Positions 38,111 through 51,519 are shown, counted from the stretch's first letter. The stretch: DNA of 64,000 bases from Basidiobolus meristosporus CBS 931.73 (GCA_002104905.1 MCFE01000412.1:1-64000), one strand, 5' to 3'. The notes: generated by a model not told the origin, from the sequence alone. Numbers and translations: made by a program.

Positions 38111-39562
38111 TCAATCCACGTATTTCCAAAGGCCGCAATCCACGCAGTCTTGATCGGGTTCGCAGGCGGTAACGTTGTCCCAGGGCTTTAGAACCTTCTC
38201 AATGACATCCTCAATACGGTGTAGCCGCACATCGGATTTCCATCCGTACTTGGAAATGACATCGTAGCTGCAGGACTTCCCGGTGTGGCACTTGCTTTCC
38301 ATCGCATAGCCAGCATAATAGCATGAGCTGGCCGCTCCCTATTTAGCATGGATTAGTATGGGAATAGACATGATTAGCGCGTTTGTTGGTGTTTACATAC
38401 CGTACACGATCCCGTGTAGATGGGATCGGCGTTGTGCCCAAAATGCCACACTGGAATGTCTTGCATATCAATTCCAGGTGGCATTGGGAGATGAAGTCGC
38501 TTTGCGGCCATTAATTCTCCAGGCGCCTCAAATGTGACTGTTGGGATACCAAAAGTAAGGCCGACGAGACCTGCTACCGCACCGCCTAGCGAATGTCCAG
38601 TGAACCATATACTTGATTGAGGATACATGTCTGCTACGTTGAAAAAGATTTTCTATCATAGGGAGTTGTTACTGGAGGTGGAACAGGTATTGGCTTCAGT
38701 CAATTGCTACTTACGAACGCGGCATTATAGTAAACACTATCTCCTGTTAGACTCTGCTCTACACAAGTTTGATTACACATGTTGCTTCCCATGTAGCAAT
38801 CGCAAACAGGCGACCAGGTGGCATCTACCCGAGCACAGCAGCAGGAAAACAGCAGATTGTCATTCACTTTATCGTTGGCAGACGTTTCTCCGTCCCCCAT
38901 CCATAAAAAGGCGGCACTAGTCCCCTTAATGGCCAACACTAGGGTGGTGTTCGCTTCGTTTCCAAAGACGTATCCTCTCAACCCATCTTTCTCCCATCCA
39001 AAAGAGGAATTCTAATATAAATCAGGTCAGCACTTGAATAGCAAACATTCCTCTTAACGGTACCGCTAACCTTTTGCCACTTGTCGCCCATATCATACCA
39101 CTTGTTCTTTTTCGGGGATAAATATGCGTTGTGAGTCATCTTTGCCATGCTCAAGACCGTCTCTTTGTCTGTAATGTCTGGAATTTTAATCTCCTCTCGT
39201 CTCCAGGTGTTGTATCTTGGGTGTCTCCCAAAAGCGTTGTAATACTGAACGTTGTCATTATCAGGTAGAAGTACATTTTGGTGTTTTGTTTTTATCTGAA
39301 CAGCGGTAGAAGCGGCTGATAGAATCCCATAATCCGGAATTTCAAGATCCTCGTCAGCGTAATCCGCCATGAATACATCGCTCGCTTGGAAATCCTGTCT
39401 TCTAAGGAGTTTGTCGTTGATAACCCCTTGGTGAAACATGTGCTTTAGCCGTAGGGTATCTTCATTGCTCGATGGGTTGAATACAGTTTGGCGCAGTTGT
39501 GCCTTAGATTGAGGGAATCTTGTGAGAGAAAGCACTGCTATCAGCAATCCTTTGAATAACAT
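38111..39562 (-). CDS. ATG15: Autophagy lipase Atg15 (multi-exon)
   Basis: [20 protein letters not shown]; LAIKGTS; [13 protein letters not shown]; lipase motif WFTGHSLGG; C-terminal CVDCGLWKY. Confidence 0.92.
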
Positions 39563-39970
39563 GTTTAGTAGACACTGAATTGAGGCAGAGTCGTTGTAGT
39601 ATAAATAACGGTCACACATCCCTTACGGCACGTGACATCGGGGGTTTACTCGATCATATCAATCGCCATTAGACTCATCACATGCCCACCTATCAATCAA
39701 TGAATACCGATCTCCACGATTGCTCTAGTCATGGGAAAGGGCGGATGAATAACAAGGTGTCATGTGAGATGGTTAGGAAACTGCCATTGTGAGCGGTAAT
39801 CTTTTTTTTTATCCAGTGCATCAAGGTTTATGCCAAAATCCTTTGATTTAAGCTAGATACAAAACCAGCCACGGAAAATAGGCAGCAAAGTGATTTTTAC
39901 TCAAAAAATTGGAAGTATATATATCAAACAAATCACCACGAGGATTGTCCCTTTACTTGAACCTAGAGCG

Positions 39971-42900
39971 ATGTATCAAGCTACCAAAGATTTCTTGGGG
40001 AAACCTGCACCACCCAACTATGTTGCCGGTTTGGGTAGAGGGTAAGCTGAACTCCTGCTCAAAGTCGGTGCTCCTGACCTTTTCAAGCTGATCCTCGGTT
40101 TTATTTTCTAGTGCGACAGGTTTCACCACGCGTTCCGATATCGGTCCGGCTAGAGAAGGGCCAGTCCTCGATGCAAGGTATAAATCTTCACAGATCTTTT
40201 CAAAGTTTCTTTAATTCGCTTCATTTTTCACGCCTTTGTATCCATTACGAGTATACACCAATAATGATTCCTTGCCTACTTTTCAGGGTTTAAATGTTTT
40301 TAAACCCAAGTAGTCATAGGGAGGCGAAGTTTGGCACTTAGGTGTGTTGATTTCGCGTGACCTGCACTCATCCAATATATTTGTCCTCTAATATCATTGT
40401 GTTATTGAAATAGTGTTGAGGCAGCAAAGCAACAACAACAAAAGGAGGAGGAAGACGACGAAAGATTTCAAGATCCGGACAATGAAACCGGTCTATTCGC
40501 ATCCATTCCTTACGATGAGGACGATGAGGAAGCGGATAAAATCTACGAAGCTATAGACGCCAAGATGGATGAGCGCCGAAGAGTGCGAAGGTTTGTTCGG
40601 AATAATGGCGTCGATATTTTCTAGAAATACCATTCATTTTCGTCAACCTCTATCTAGAGAGGCTCGAGAAAAGGAGGAGCTTAAAAAATACCGCGCAGAG
40701 AGACCCAAGATTCAGCAGCAGTTTGCTGACATCAAACGCTCTTTAGCTACGTTGTCTTCTGACGAATGGTCCAACATTCCTGAGGTTGGCGATTTAGTCG
40801 GCAAGAACAGAAGGAAGCAGAATCTACAAGAAAGGTAGAGTTACGCTATATGCCACCCGGCACTGCATATCATAGCTGCTAACTTTAAACTGGTTGCGCG
40901 AACAGATATACCCCTGTGCCAGACTCTCTTCTCGAGAAAGCTAGGGAAGAGCATCAGCTTGTCACCCACTTGGATCCCCAGCAGCAAGTAAGTTTTCACG
41001 ATTTCCGCCAAGAAAACTCGTTAGTCTAACTTGAATGTTTGGTAGCAACATGGAGGATTTGCAACACCAGCTGGAACCGACTCCGGCATGATGACAAACT
41101 TTGTGGAGATTGGCCAGGCTAGAGATAAAGTTTTAAGTTTAAAACTGGATCAGGTTAGTATCACCGACCACTTGATGTATACATATTGCTGATCTAATCC
41201 TCGTTAGATTTCGGACTCTGTTAGTGGCTCAACCAACATCGATCCTAAAGGATACCTGACGGACCTCAACAGTATTGTCGTGAAAAGTGACGCTGAGATT
41301 GGGTTTGTCAGCTTTACAAGAATCTCCGCCTAGCATAGCCATCTTATAACTATTTCTTTATTTGATATCTAGTGATATTAAGAAGGCTAGACTACTTCTG
41401 AAATCTGTCATTACCACAAATCCTAAACACGCGCCTGGATGGATTGCCGCTGCTAGACTGGAGGAGGTGGCTGGTAAGCAAGCGCAAGCTCTTAGCATCA
41501 TTGCTAAGGGTTGTGAGGAGTGTGCCAAGAGTGAGGATGTATGGCTGGAGGCAGCTAGGTTGAATACCGTCGAGAATGCAAAGGTGATTTTGGCCAGTGC
41601 AGTTCGCCATTTGCCTCAATCGGTCAAGATTTGGCTTCAAGCCGTCAAGTTGGAGACCGAAGTCAAGGGGCAGAAGCGTGTCCTTCGAAGAGCACTGGAA
41701 TTCATCCCAAACTCGGTAAAGCTGTGGAAAGCAGCTATTTCGTTGGAGGAAAATCCGGAAGATGCGCGAATCTTGCTCTCAAGAGCTGTGGAGCTTGTTC
41801 CATTGTCGGTGGAGCTGTGGCTTGCCTTGGCTAGGTTGGAGACGTATGAGAATGCGCGTAAAGTTCTCAATGCTGCTAGAGCGGCGGTCCCTACCAGCCA
41901 CGAGATCTGGATTGCTGGTGCACGCCTTGAGGAACAACAAGGAAACGACAGTAGGGTGGATATGATCATTTCGCGTGCAGTAACCACCTTGTCCCAAAAG
42001 GGAACCATTCTCACTCGCGAGCAATGGCTTCAGGAAGCAGAAGGTTGTGAAAAACAAAAAAGCGTAAGCACCTGCCAAGCCATTGTTCGCGCTACCATTG
42101 GGCTTGGCATCGAGGAGGACGATAGAAAATCCACCTGGATGGAAGACGCCGAAGGCTGCATCTCGCGTAACTCCATTGAGACGGCCAGAGCGATTTACGC
42201 GCATGCACTTACCGTTTTCCGCGGGAAGAAGTCCGTTTGGAGAAGAGCAGCCTTTCTGGAAAAGAACCATGGCACTCGAGAATCTCTGGAGGAGCTTCTT
42301 CAAAAGGCAGTCAAATACTGTCCTCAAGCCGAAGTCCTCTGGCTCATGGGAGCCAAAGAGAAATGGCTTGCTGGTGATGTGAATGGCGCACGAGCTATCT
42401 TGCGCGAAGCCTTCAAAGCAAACCCGAATAGTGAGCAGATTTGGTTGGCAGCTGTTAAGCTTGAAAGTGAAAATGACGAATACGAAAGAGCATCGATTCT
42501 TCTTCAGAAAGCCAGAGAGCAAGCCGACACCGAGAGAGTCTGGATGAAATCCATTATCCTTGAGCGCCAACGCAAGCGAATTCCCGAAGCACTTGAGTTG
42601 CTGAGTGAAGGCTTGGAGAAATTCCCTACCTTCGACAAGCTGTGGATGATCCGAGGCCAGATCGAGGATAACCAAGGCCAGCTTCAAACCGCCAGGGAAA
42701 CTTACAACAAGGGTTTGAAGAGATGTCCAAAATCGATACCTTTGTGGCTACTTTCATCTAGATTGGAAGAGAAAGCGGGACTGTTAATCAAGTCAAGAGC
42801 CATCCTTGAGCGTGGCAGACTCCTGAACCCTAAAAACGCTGAGCTATGGACCGAAGCTGTTCGAGTGGAACTTCGCGGCAACAACATGAACATGGCCAAG

Positions 42901-43391
42901 GCACTTATGGCGAAGGCGCTTCAAGAGTGTCCAAACTCTGGACTGTTGTGGTCCGAAGCCATATTTATGGAGAATCGTCCTCAGCGTAAGAGCAAGTCTG
43001 TGGATGCATTGAAGCGATGTGACAACGACCCGCTAGTCATTACCACCGTGGCTCGTCTGTTCTGGTCCGAGCGGAAGGTGGACAAAGCAAGAACCTGGTT
43101 TGGACGAGCAGTCAAGGTTGACCAGGATATTGGTGATTGCTGGGCCTGGTGGTACAAATTTGAAGTTCAACATGGCACTGAAGTAAGCTCGAGTTGCAAC
43201 TCTGTCATTGATCGCTCAAACTAACCTTCCTTTATCCTCTACAACAGGAACAGCAGCAGGAGGTAATAAATCGGTGCGTATCCTCTGAGCCTCATCACGG
43301 TGAGCGGTGGCAGGCAACTGCCAAGAACCTGGACAACTTTGGCAAGAACACTGAAGAAATCCTCAAACTGGTTGCTGTGGAGCTTGAGTAA
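39971..43391 (+). CDS. PRP6: Pre-mRNA splicing factor Prp6 (U5-102K, HAT/TPR repeats; multi-exon)
   Basis: [32 protein letters not shown]; [31 protein letters not shown]; EPHHGERWQ. Confidence 0.97.
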
Positions 43392-43528
43392 ACCATTCAA
43401 TGCATGGTGGTTATTTATCTTGAGAGTGTAGTAATAAAAATATTCGGTATTGTAACTGGTCGTTTCGTGGAGGGTTTATTTATTGATGTTTCGATGTGTG
43501 TCGGTTCTGCTTAATAGTAATTTCGAGA

Positions 43529-44488
43529 TTAGAGTTTGGAGAAAGAGGCGTTTTGTTTGCTTATGCTAGCAACAATGGCCTTTTCCAAGTCCTCTGACTG
43601 TAGCATTGAAGCGTTCCACAATGCGGAATAAGTCAACCCCTCCTCAACTGTATGATCCCGGGAGTAGTTGAGCAAGTGCTTTGTTCCAGACACTGCGACT
43701 GGGGACTTGGAAGCAATCACTTTTCCGATTTCCTTGGCCTTTGCCAGAACATCCTCTAGTTTAGGGAAAACGTCGCTAACCAACCCATGTCTCAAAGCTT
43801 CTTTGGAGTCAAAGATCCGTGCTGTGAAGCAAATTTCTCTGGTCCAGCTATCGTTACTCACCACCTTCTGAAGTCGCTGGAGGGTCCCAACATCAGCCGC
43901 CATACCAATATCAACTTCCTTTATGGATGCGGAATGTCAATCTCAGAAGGAACAAACATAAAGATAATGATGTAAACGCACCTTAACGGAGAAGAAGGCA
44001 TCCTCTGAGCAATATCTTATGTCACAAGAGGTGATCATGTCAATGCCACCGCCAATGCAGCCACCATGGACAGCTGCGATCACTGGCTTGTCACAATCTT
44101 GAATAGCGCTAAAGCTTGCTTGGAAATCCTGTATGGTATGTGGGTCAGAAGAGGGTCCAAAGGATTACTGCCGAAACTAACACACCATAATCTTTTTGCG
44201 CAAACGGTAGGCCCGTCTACCAACATCACTCTCGTCCGAGTTCGTAAGGCCAGTAGCGGCCTCCTTCAAATCAAGCCCAGCACAGAACAATCTACCAGAA
44301 CCTGACAGAATAACCACCCTAACATTGGGATCGAATTTGATCTGCTTGAAGCATTCTTGGAATTCCCTCCACATGGCATCGTTCAGGGAATTCAAGTTTT
44401 TCGGGCGGTTGAGTTGAACGTGAAGTACATTATTGGAAGTGAAACTGCACTGAAGAGTCTCGTAGGAGTAATCTTTCGCGGCGGACAT
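43529..44488 (-). CDS. ECH1: Delta3,5-delta2,4-dienoyl-CoA isomerase (crotonase family), peroxisomal PTS1 -SKL
   Basis: LNRPKNLNSLN; FCAGLDL; GCIGGGIDMITSCDIRY; MAADVGTLQRL; C-terminus FSKL. Confidence 0.9.
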
Positions 44489-45689
44489 TTGAGGCACAAC
44501 TAGGGAACCTCCAGCAGTTATATTATGGCCATCATGCGATGGTTCCCACGCAATACTAATCATCACGCATTTTTCAGTTGTTCAGTGGCTCGTTTTAAGT
44601 GACTGCTTGAGATAGGGGAGGAATATATTATATACATTAAACTTCAATTTGCTCGTAGGCATTCGTGATTACAAATTGAAATACACAAAGCATATTTTAT
44701 ACAAATTGATTATACAGCTATCACATGGTTCTAGAGGTACGCAACCAAGTTAAACATGGCAAATGGCTGTGGATGGTTGGTAGTGAGTGGAAACGAAAAC
44801 ATGACCCAAGCTCTGTGACAGCGTATCGGTTCGCACTGAGAGCTAAAATTCAGAGTAGTAGATCAATGCGTGCAACTATGAAACAATCGAAAGGTTAATG
44901 ATGTATGAATCTGTGAGTATTTCATGCACGAATCTGAACATTCCATGTATGATTCTGTGAACAATTTCATTGTCACTTGCAACCATAAAATCCCCATCAA
45001 AGTTTTAATTTCAGCCTTCAGCCCTCAAAAGATTGCCGTGCCTAACATTAATTTAATCCACGATTAAGGGGGGCTACTCACAAGATCTCGCTTATTTTTA
45101 ACTTGCCCCGCTAGCTGGGATTACTATTCCTTTTCCCTTGTCCCATCATTCCTTACATATCTTCCTATTGGCCGCTTATTCTCCTATTCTTTAATATCGC
45201 CATTGTTATATATGTTTACTCATTCTGTGAAAACATTTAACAGTGAATGAAAAAAATCTATATTTGTCCATTGTTGCAGTGATTCCTTGGCGTTTGATTC
45301 GTCAGAAATACAAACACTCTGCGCCGCTTATGATTCGTCAAGGTCATGTGAAGTGACTCATCATTTCTGGTATATAAAGACCATCAAATCTCCCGCTGGC
45401 TACCAACATCTCCTTCCACTACGCCGCCGCAACTAGTTTTTTTCTCTTCTCCACACACAAGCGTGTCATAATAGGGTGTATCAATCAAATAGGACCAAAG
45501 ATTATAAATATTATAATTGAAGCCATAGGGAATTGAACACCACACTGTCCATACCTTGCCATTAAAGAACATATGAGATATTACTTGACAGAGCCTATAC
45601 TTTTTGGACATTTTTATCCGGAATAAGTCATTAGGTGTCTGACATTACACACATTATCAAGAACTTCCAAATTAATCGGTCCCCGGCAT

Positions 45690-46397
45690 ATGTACACTCC
45701 AAGTACAGAATCATCCCCGTACAACGCTGTTCCAGATAGCGAGCGTGACCTTGGGTTTGACTCGATTGAGTATCCTGATTCTGATTGCCTAGCCCAATCA
45801 CCTCCGTACGTTCCTCCATCTCCGGGCCCTCTACCGCCACTCTTCTCTATTCCCTCTCCCTGTTGCTATGAGGACATCTCCGCTGAATATTCTCCGCCCT
45901 ATGTTCCGGATCCGATATATCCAGTGGATCAAAGCGAATCCGCCTTACGCGCTGCCTCCCCATATTCAGATTCATCCATTGAATGGGTTGGTGATGTGCC
46001 CAAGTCGCCACTGGGGCCATACAGCTATCATGAAGTTGAACCTATCTACGTCAAGGAGTGCGTATTCTTTCTTGACGAGGATATTTATGATGGTTGGTCG
46101 ATTGATCCTAGTCAGTGTACCTTCGATTATTCGGAGTCGTTGTACAAGAAATTAGTTGATCAATACGAGGAACCTCGCAAACGGTTCAAGCATTCTCCGG
46201 AATCCACTCCAACCCTAGACGGCATTGATCCTAAATCGCAGTCGGGAACTGTTGGGCAGGAGGCAACCACCAAAAAGAACCCTGTTGGTCATCAGTTACT
46301 TCGCAAAAGCGAGCGACGTTTCATTGAAGAAAACGGGTTGTTTGATACACATTCTCCATCGGATTATCTTAAACACAAGAAGAATACTGTGTACTAG
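45690..46397 (+). CDS. Hypothetical Ser/Pro/Tyr-rich protein, 235 aa, with a possible NLS (PRKRFK)
   Basis: Long uninterrupted ORF in an otherwise AT-rich intergenic region; no family recognised. Confidence 0.55.
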   Translation: MYTPSTESSPYNAVPDSERDLGFDSIEYPDSDCLAQSPPYVPPSPGPLPPLFSIPSPCCYEDISAEYSPPYVPDPIYPVDQSESALRAASPYSDSSIEWVGDVPKSPLGPYSYHEVEPIYVKECVFFLDEDIYDGWSIDPSQCTFDYSESLYKKLVDQYEEPRKRFKHSPESTPTLDGIDPKSQSGTVGQEATTKKNPVGHQLLRKSERRFIEENGLFDTHSPSDYLKHKKNTVY

Positions 46398-47250
46398 AAA
46401 CCCGTATCTTAGATACTCCACCTGTAACATTTTTCAAGCAACTGTAAATACAATTGATGTATAAACCTTGAATAAATACAAATCTAATGCTACTCCACCA
46501 AGTGTAGTCGCACGTCACTACAATACATCATGGCAGAAGATTTCTTTACCGTAAGTAGATTGGTCAAGAGCCCTGTAGAAGCATTCATGCCAGTTGAAAT
46601 ACAGCTGGGTCTACCAGCAGCACCTTTGAACAGTGAAAACAACACATCACCTTGCACTACATTAAGTTCAGGTTTGAAACATGCAACTGAAATGAGGTCA
46701 GTATGTGGTTTGCATTAACTAACCAAGTATGTCATGCGACAGTGTCTCAGAGAATGCGTACCATCCCAAATTAACCTAGCAACCATGGGACATTTCATTT
46801 GTGCGATTGTTTGGATCGTTCTCCACCAATCGTCTGGAATGGGCCATTGGCGAATGGGGCGGTGATGAATGCAACGGCAGGCTCAATCACGATAGAGTGA
46901 TTTCATTGGCGACAGGGAAGTGGATTTTGGGGCCGTCAGGATCACCTGATATGGGTGGAAGTTGCTGGTGCAATTTACAATTCGTCATAGAACCGTGGCC
47001 AACTCCGTCGAGTCGCCAAGTATAAACAATCCCCTTCAGGCCTGACTTGTTTATGTTTATTGTTTGGATAGCTTGGGCTTGGAGACGAACATGGAGTTAA
47101 TATAGACATGGGTAGCTGGAAGACGATATAGATACGGGTAGCTCTATACCACATCTCAAACGTCAGTGGGGACGGTAGGATGCTTGTTAGCGACCTACTG
47201 TCTGGGTGGATGTTGTACTGGTGCACAACATGGGCAGCGAGTGAGACAGC

Positions 47251-47791
47251 CTATGGGCTGATGGAGGTATCCTCGAGAACGTTTTCAGGGATTTCCCCAA
47301 ATAATTTATGCTCAGGATTGGCAAGATATTTGCGTCGATGTTGACATTTTCGGCAACGAACCAGTACTGTGGTCTCGGGGCTATCTAGTTACGAGGTGAG
47401 GCTTAGTAGGTGTGGGTGAGTGGTGGCGGTCAGGGAAGCGCTTACTTTGGATGGTTGTGTTCGAGGTGATAGCAGGGATTAAAGGGATTTCACAGTGGCG
47501 ACATATGGTTCTTTTCACCTTGGGATCTCTATGGAGAACAAGGTCAATGTCCAAACAACTGGGCAAAAACGAACGTGATCGTAGAACCTACATCCGTAAA
47601 ACAACCCGCTTCCCAATCTCCCTCATGTGGGAGGCATAGAAACGACCCAGATTTCCAAGATCTGAACTCGACGCGGACCCCGCCGTCGCGGCCATCATCA
47701 TCGACGCCTGGTAAAGAAAATTCATCCGGTGGTAGATCTCGCGGTGCTGAACCTGGGAGTTCGCATTCTTTTTCTCTTTTTTCTTGGCCAT
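47251..47791 (-). CDS. RPP21: RNase P subunit Rpr2/Rpp21 (3 exons)
   Basis: HRMNFLYQAS; DPKVKRTICRHCEIPLIP; VLVRCRKCQHRRKY (zinc ribbon). Confidence 0.88.
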
Positions 47792-48074
47792 CACGGCGAA
47801 GACCAGTGTAGCTTCTGTCACTACTTGGTCCGCTGGAGTTTTTTGTACGCGTTCGAGGGGATTTTTATTTTTGCTCGTCGTATCGGTAAATTGGCACAGC
47901 AGCAAATCATGATTGGCTTGGTGGGAACCCTCATAACGCACCCCCAGATGGTTTAAATCATGTACTATGATAAGAATAACAAAAAATCGACGTTTTGAAA
48001 GTAGGATGAATTAGAACGCGTGTTTTAGCAAACCTCTTCGTTTCTTTTTCAACACACTTCTATAGACATCTGAT

Positions 48075-51000
48075 ATGACTCAAAGCCAACAGACTGGCAG
48101 TGAAGAGCTTGATTTCTACGACAGGCCTGCCATCATAGCTCACTTCGAGTCGATTCAGCCTTCCCTGTTACAGGAGCTACGTGAGACCCACCCGAACGTC
48201 GAGGTTGATTTCACCCCTCAAGATTTGTCCCGACTGACCGGACAGCTTCAAAAACTTCAGAACGACCTACTTGGTAAAACCAGTGTACGAACCGAGCTCC
48301 ATTGCCCCAAAATCCCCGCCCGTTTTTTCCAACCTACCCAACCTCTGCAACCAGATTCCGCCCTGCACCACATCCTCAAAGGAGCATTTCAATTTCGCTT
48401 TGCAAACAACTGGTCCGACTGGGGCTTCGACCGAGCTGAGAAGCGGGAGACTTTGCTGGGTTTGATCCTTTACATCAGGGATGTGCTTGTACGATCGGAG
48501 CTCTTGCACACACCCAGAATCTACCTGGGTGAAGCCATCGAGCTACAGCTCAAGGAAGAGCTGTCATCCCTGGTTACACTCATGAAAGGTTAGTGTTGGA
48601 GGAGGAGGAGGGTGCTCCTCCCCAGTCTTGTCGCTCGATTTGGTTTATTTATTCATGGCACCTCTGACACCAACTTGGTATCCAGGTGATGTAGTGGAGG
48701 ATATGAGCAAAGCAACGCACACTCTCGACCCGGCCACAGTTATCAACAGGACGCTGACTGGCGCGGAGGAATTTCGCGTGCTTCGTAGAGAGGGTGGAAA
48801 AGTGTTGGTCCATAAGGTCTATACACCTGAGTCGTACGACAGCTGGGAGTTGGACACCAACGAATTCGCCGACATATCAGTTACAGAATCCAAAGCACCC
48901 GAAAGATGGATTCTTTCCCCGGAGTGGCTCAGAGACAGCGCCGAGTACAATGAGTGGATGTGTGAAACGGATTATGAGGGTAAAGTTCAAAGCACCCCCG
49001 GCTCTCCTGTGGAGGAGGTGAGCAACAAAAGAAACGTATCGGAGGCTTTCGAGTCAGACGACTCTGAGGGGAATGAGGAGAAACGGGCTAAGCCAGAGAG
49101 CGCTGACTCGGAGGTTGAGGAGACGTTGGAGGTTTCCAACCTAGAAGCCCCACCTACGACTACTGCAGATACCAAAGTGGAGGTGGAGACCGCCCCACAG
49201 CCCGATGTAACTAACGGAACTCCCCAACCGGCACAGGAGACTCCCCAGGAACAAGAGTCTACCCCGATGGAGACAGACATCCTTCCCGAGTCAAATGACA
49301 AAGCTGTCGAGGTCGAGTCTCAAGAGCAGCCCGAACAGCCGGAACAACCCGAACAACCCGAACAACCTGAACAACCTGAGCCAACTGTAGAGAAACCCGC
49401 GGAGGAGGCAGTCGACGTTGAAGATGAGGCAAAGAAATATCTTTCCGAACAAACACAAGAGGTGATCATTCCTAGCTACGCCGCATGGTTTAGCATGTCG
49501 AAAGTTCACGAGGTAGAGAGGAAGGGGCTTCCGGAATTCTTCAACAACAAAAACAAATCCAAGACACCCTCCGTGTACAAAGAATATCGCGACTTCATGA
49601 TTAATACATATAGACTGAATCCCTCAGAATACCTCACCGTTACCGCATGTAGGAGAAATCTTGCCGGGGATGTTTGTGCTATCATCCGAGTTCACAGTTT
49701 CCTTGAGCAATGGGGTCTCATTAATTACCAGGCAAGGCAGCTTGTTTACCATCGTTTCTTTCGCCGTGTTCTGCTTGCTAACCCCGTGTTCGTTCTAGGT
49801 TGACCCTGAGACTCGCCCATCCACAGTTGGCCCACCGTTCACTGGCCACTTTAGAGTAACCGCGGATACCCCTAGAGGCCTTCAGCCATTCCAGCCTTCT
49901 GCCCCGCAGTTCCAGCCCAATGTTGGCCCCCAGCCCATTGGTGTCGGGAGAGTGCCCGAGCATGGCCAACGGGCTGACTTGAATCTGGATTTACGCAAAT
50001 CGATTTACGGCCGCGATGGATATTCAGCTGCTAGTGACGAGCCAGGGAAATCGGTGAAGGAGCTAGGCTTGGGCTCAGCTGCCGAGGACCAGCCCAAATA
50101 TCACTGCTTTACTTGCGGGGTGAGCTGCAACGAGGTTCGCTACCACAGCGTCAAGACGAAAAATTTCGACCTCTGTTCGAACTGCTATCTCGAGGGGAGA
50201 TTCCCATCCACCATGCTTAGCAGCGATTTTCTCAAGATGGAGAACTACGAGTTCAAGCACAGCCAACAGGATGAATGGACCAACCAGGAAACGCTGCTGC
50301 TTCTGGAGGGGTTGGAGATGTACAACGAGGACTGGGAGAAGATCTCCTCGCATGTTGGGACTCGCTCGAGGGAGCAGTGCATCTTGCATTTCCTAAAGCT
50401 TCCAATCGAGGAGCCGTATCTTGAAGTGGAAAAGAGCCCTTATGGCCCAGTGAATTCCCAGCGTTTACCCTTTAGCCAGGCAGATAATCCGATCATGTCG
50501 GTGGTTGCATTCCTGGCTTCCGTGGTGGATCCGAAAGTTGCCGAGGCAGCTGCGAAATCGGCCATCGGGCAGCTTCAAACAGAGGGGACCAAAGATGGCT
50601 CCTCGCCACCGACTGTGAAATCGGAAGATTCTGTAGCCAAAGCCACCACCCCATCCAAGGCTGGTATGGATAAGGCGGCTTCGGTGGCCCTCGGTGCAGC
50701 CGCCGCCAAGGCTCATGTGCTTGGAACCAATGAGGAGAGGGAGATCCAACGATTGGTGAACTCGATCGTCGAGGCACAGGCGAAGAAGTTGGAGATTAAG
50801 ATGCAGCATTTCGAGGAGATTGAAGGGATCCTGGAGTATGAGAAGCGTGAGCTGGAGAAGCAGAGGCGCCAGCTCTACCAAGACCAATTGAACTTGCGCA
50901 AGTCCGTCTTCAATGCACCATCCACAGTGACAAATCCCATTGAGGCTGCGGTCCCTGTGCTGGGCCAAATGCCAATGCAAGATCTGAACGCAGCGCCGAT

Positions 51001-51172
51001 GGTCCAGCCGCAGAACTTGCCTCAATTCCAACAGCAGTTCCCTCAAATGCAACTTCCTCAACATCAATTCTATCAGCAACCATACCTGGGCCAGCAACCT
51101 GGCCAAGGTGGTATGGATCAAGGTTACATGGGGATGGGTAATCCCGGCTATGGTAACCTCAACGGAATGTAA
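48075..51172 (+). CDS. SWI/SNF-RSC core subunit of the SMARCC/Swi3/Rsc8 family, with N-terminal MarR-like/BRCT/chromo module, SWIRM, ZZ, SANT and coiled coil
   Basis: IIPSYAAWF...[51 protein letters not shown] (SWIRM); CFTCGVSC...CSNC (ZZ); [14 protein letters not shown] (SANT); [16 protein letters not shown]. Confidence 0.93.
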
Positions 51173-51206
51173 TCCGGCTATGGTAACCTCAACGGAATGT
51201 AATCCG
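51144..51206 (+). repeat. Perfect 30-bp tandem duplication spanning the SMARCC stop codon
   Basis: CCGGCTATGGTAACCTCAACGGAATGTAAT twice, followed by CCG. Confidence 0.95.
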
Positions 51207-51519
51207 ACCTCATCACCAACTCACCAACCGCATCGGAATTCACCCTAACCCCGCCCCAACGTGTATTTTCTGGTCTTTTTCCTTTCTTCTATATAGTTAC
51301 ATAATTAAAGCAATTGTTCAAACGTCATGCATATTGTTTGTCGTCAGCTAATTGCTTGTCGTCAGCTTAACCAAATTAATCGATATCGACGTCAATACAT
51401 CACGACGTTGTTCACCATCCACTTTCACACTACGACGTCATAAGGGTTGTTGCATCAGTCGCATCAGTCGCATGCTATATAAACATCAAGGATGCCCACA
51501 GTGTAGATACAACAGTAAA

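Noticed and set aside
46400-47250. Short ORFs (46530-46718, 46801-47025, 46975-47226)
   Set aside because: No motifs, coding bias or splice pattern to support them.
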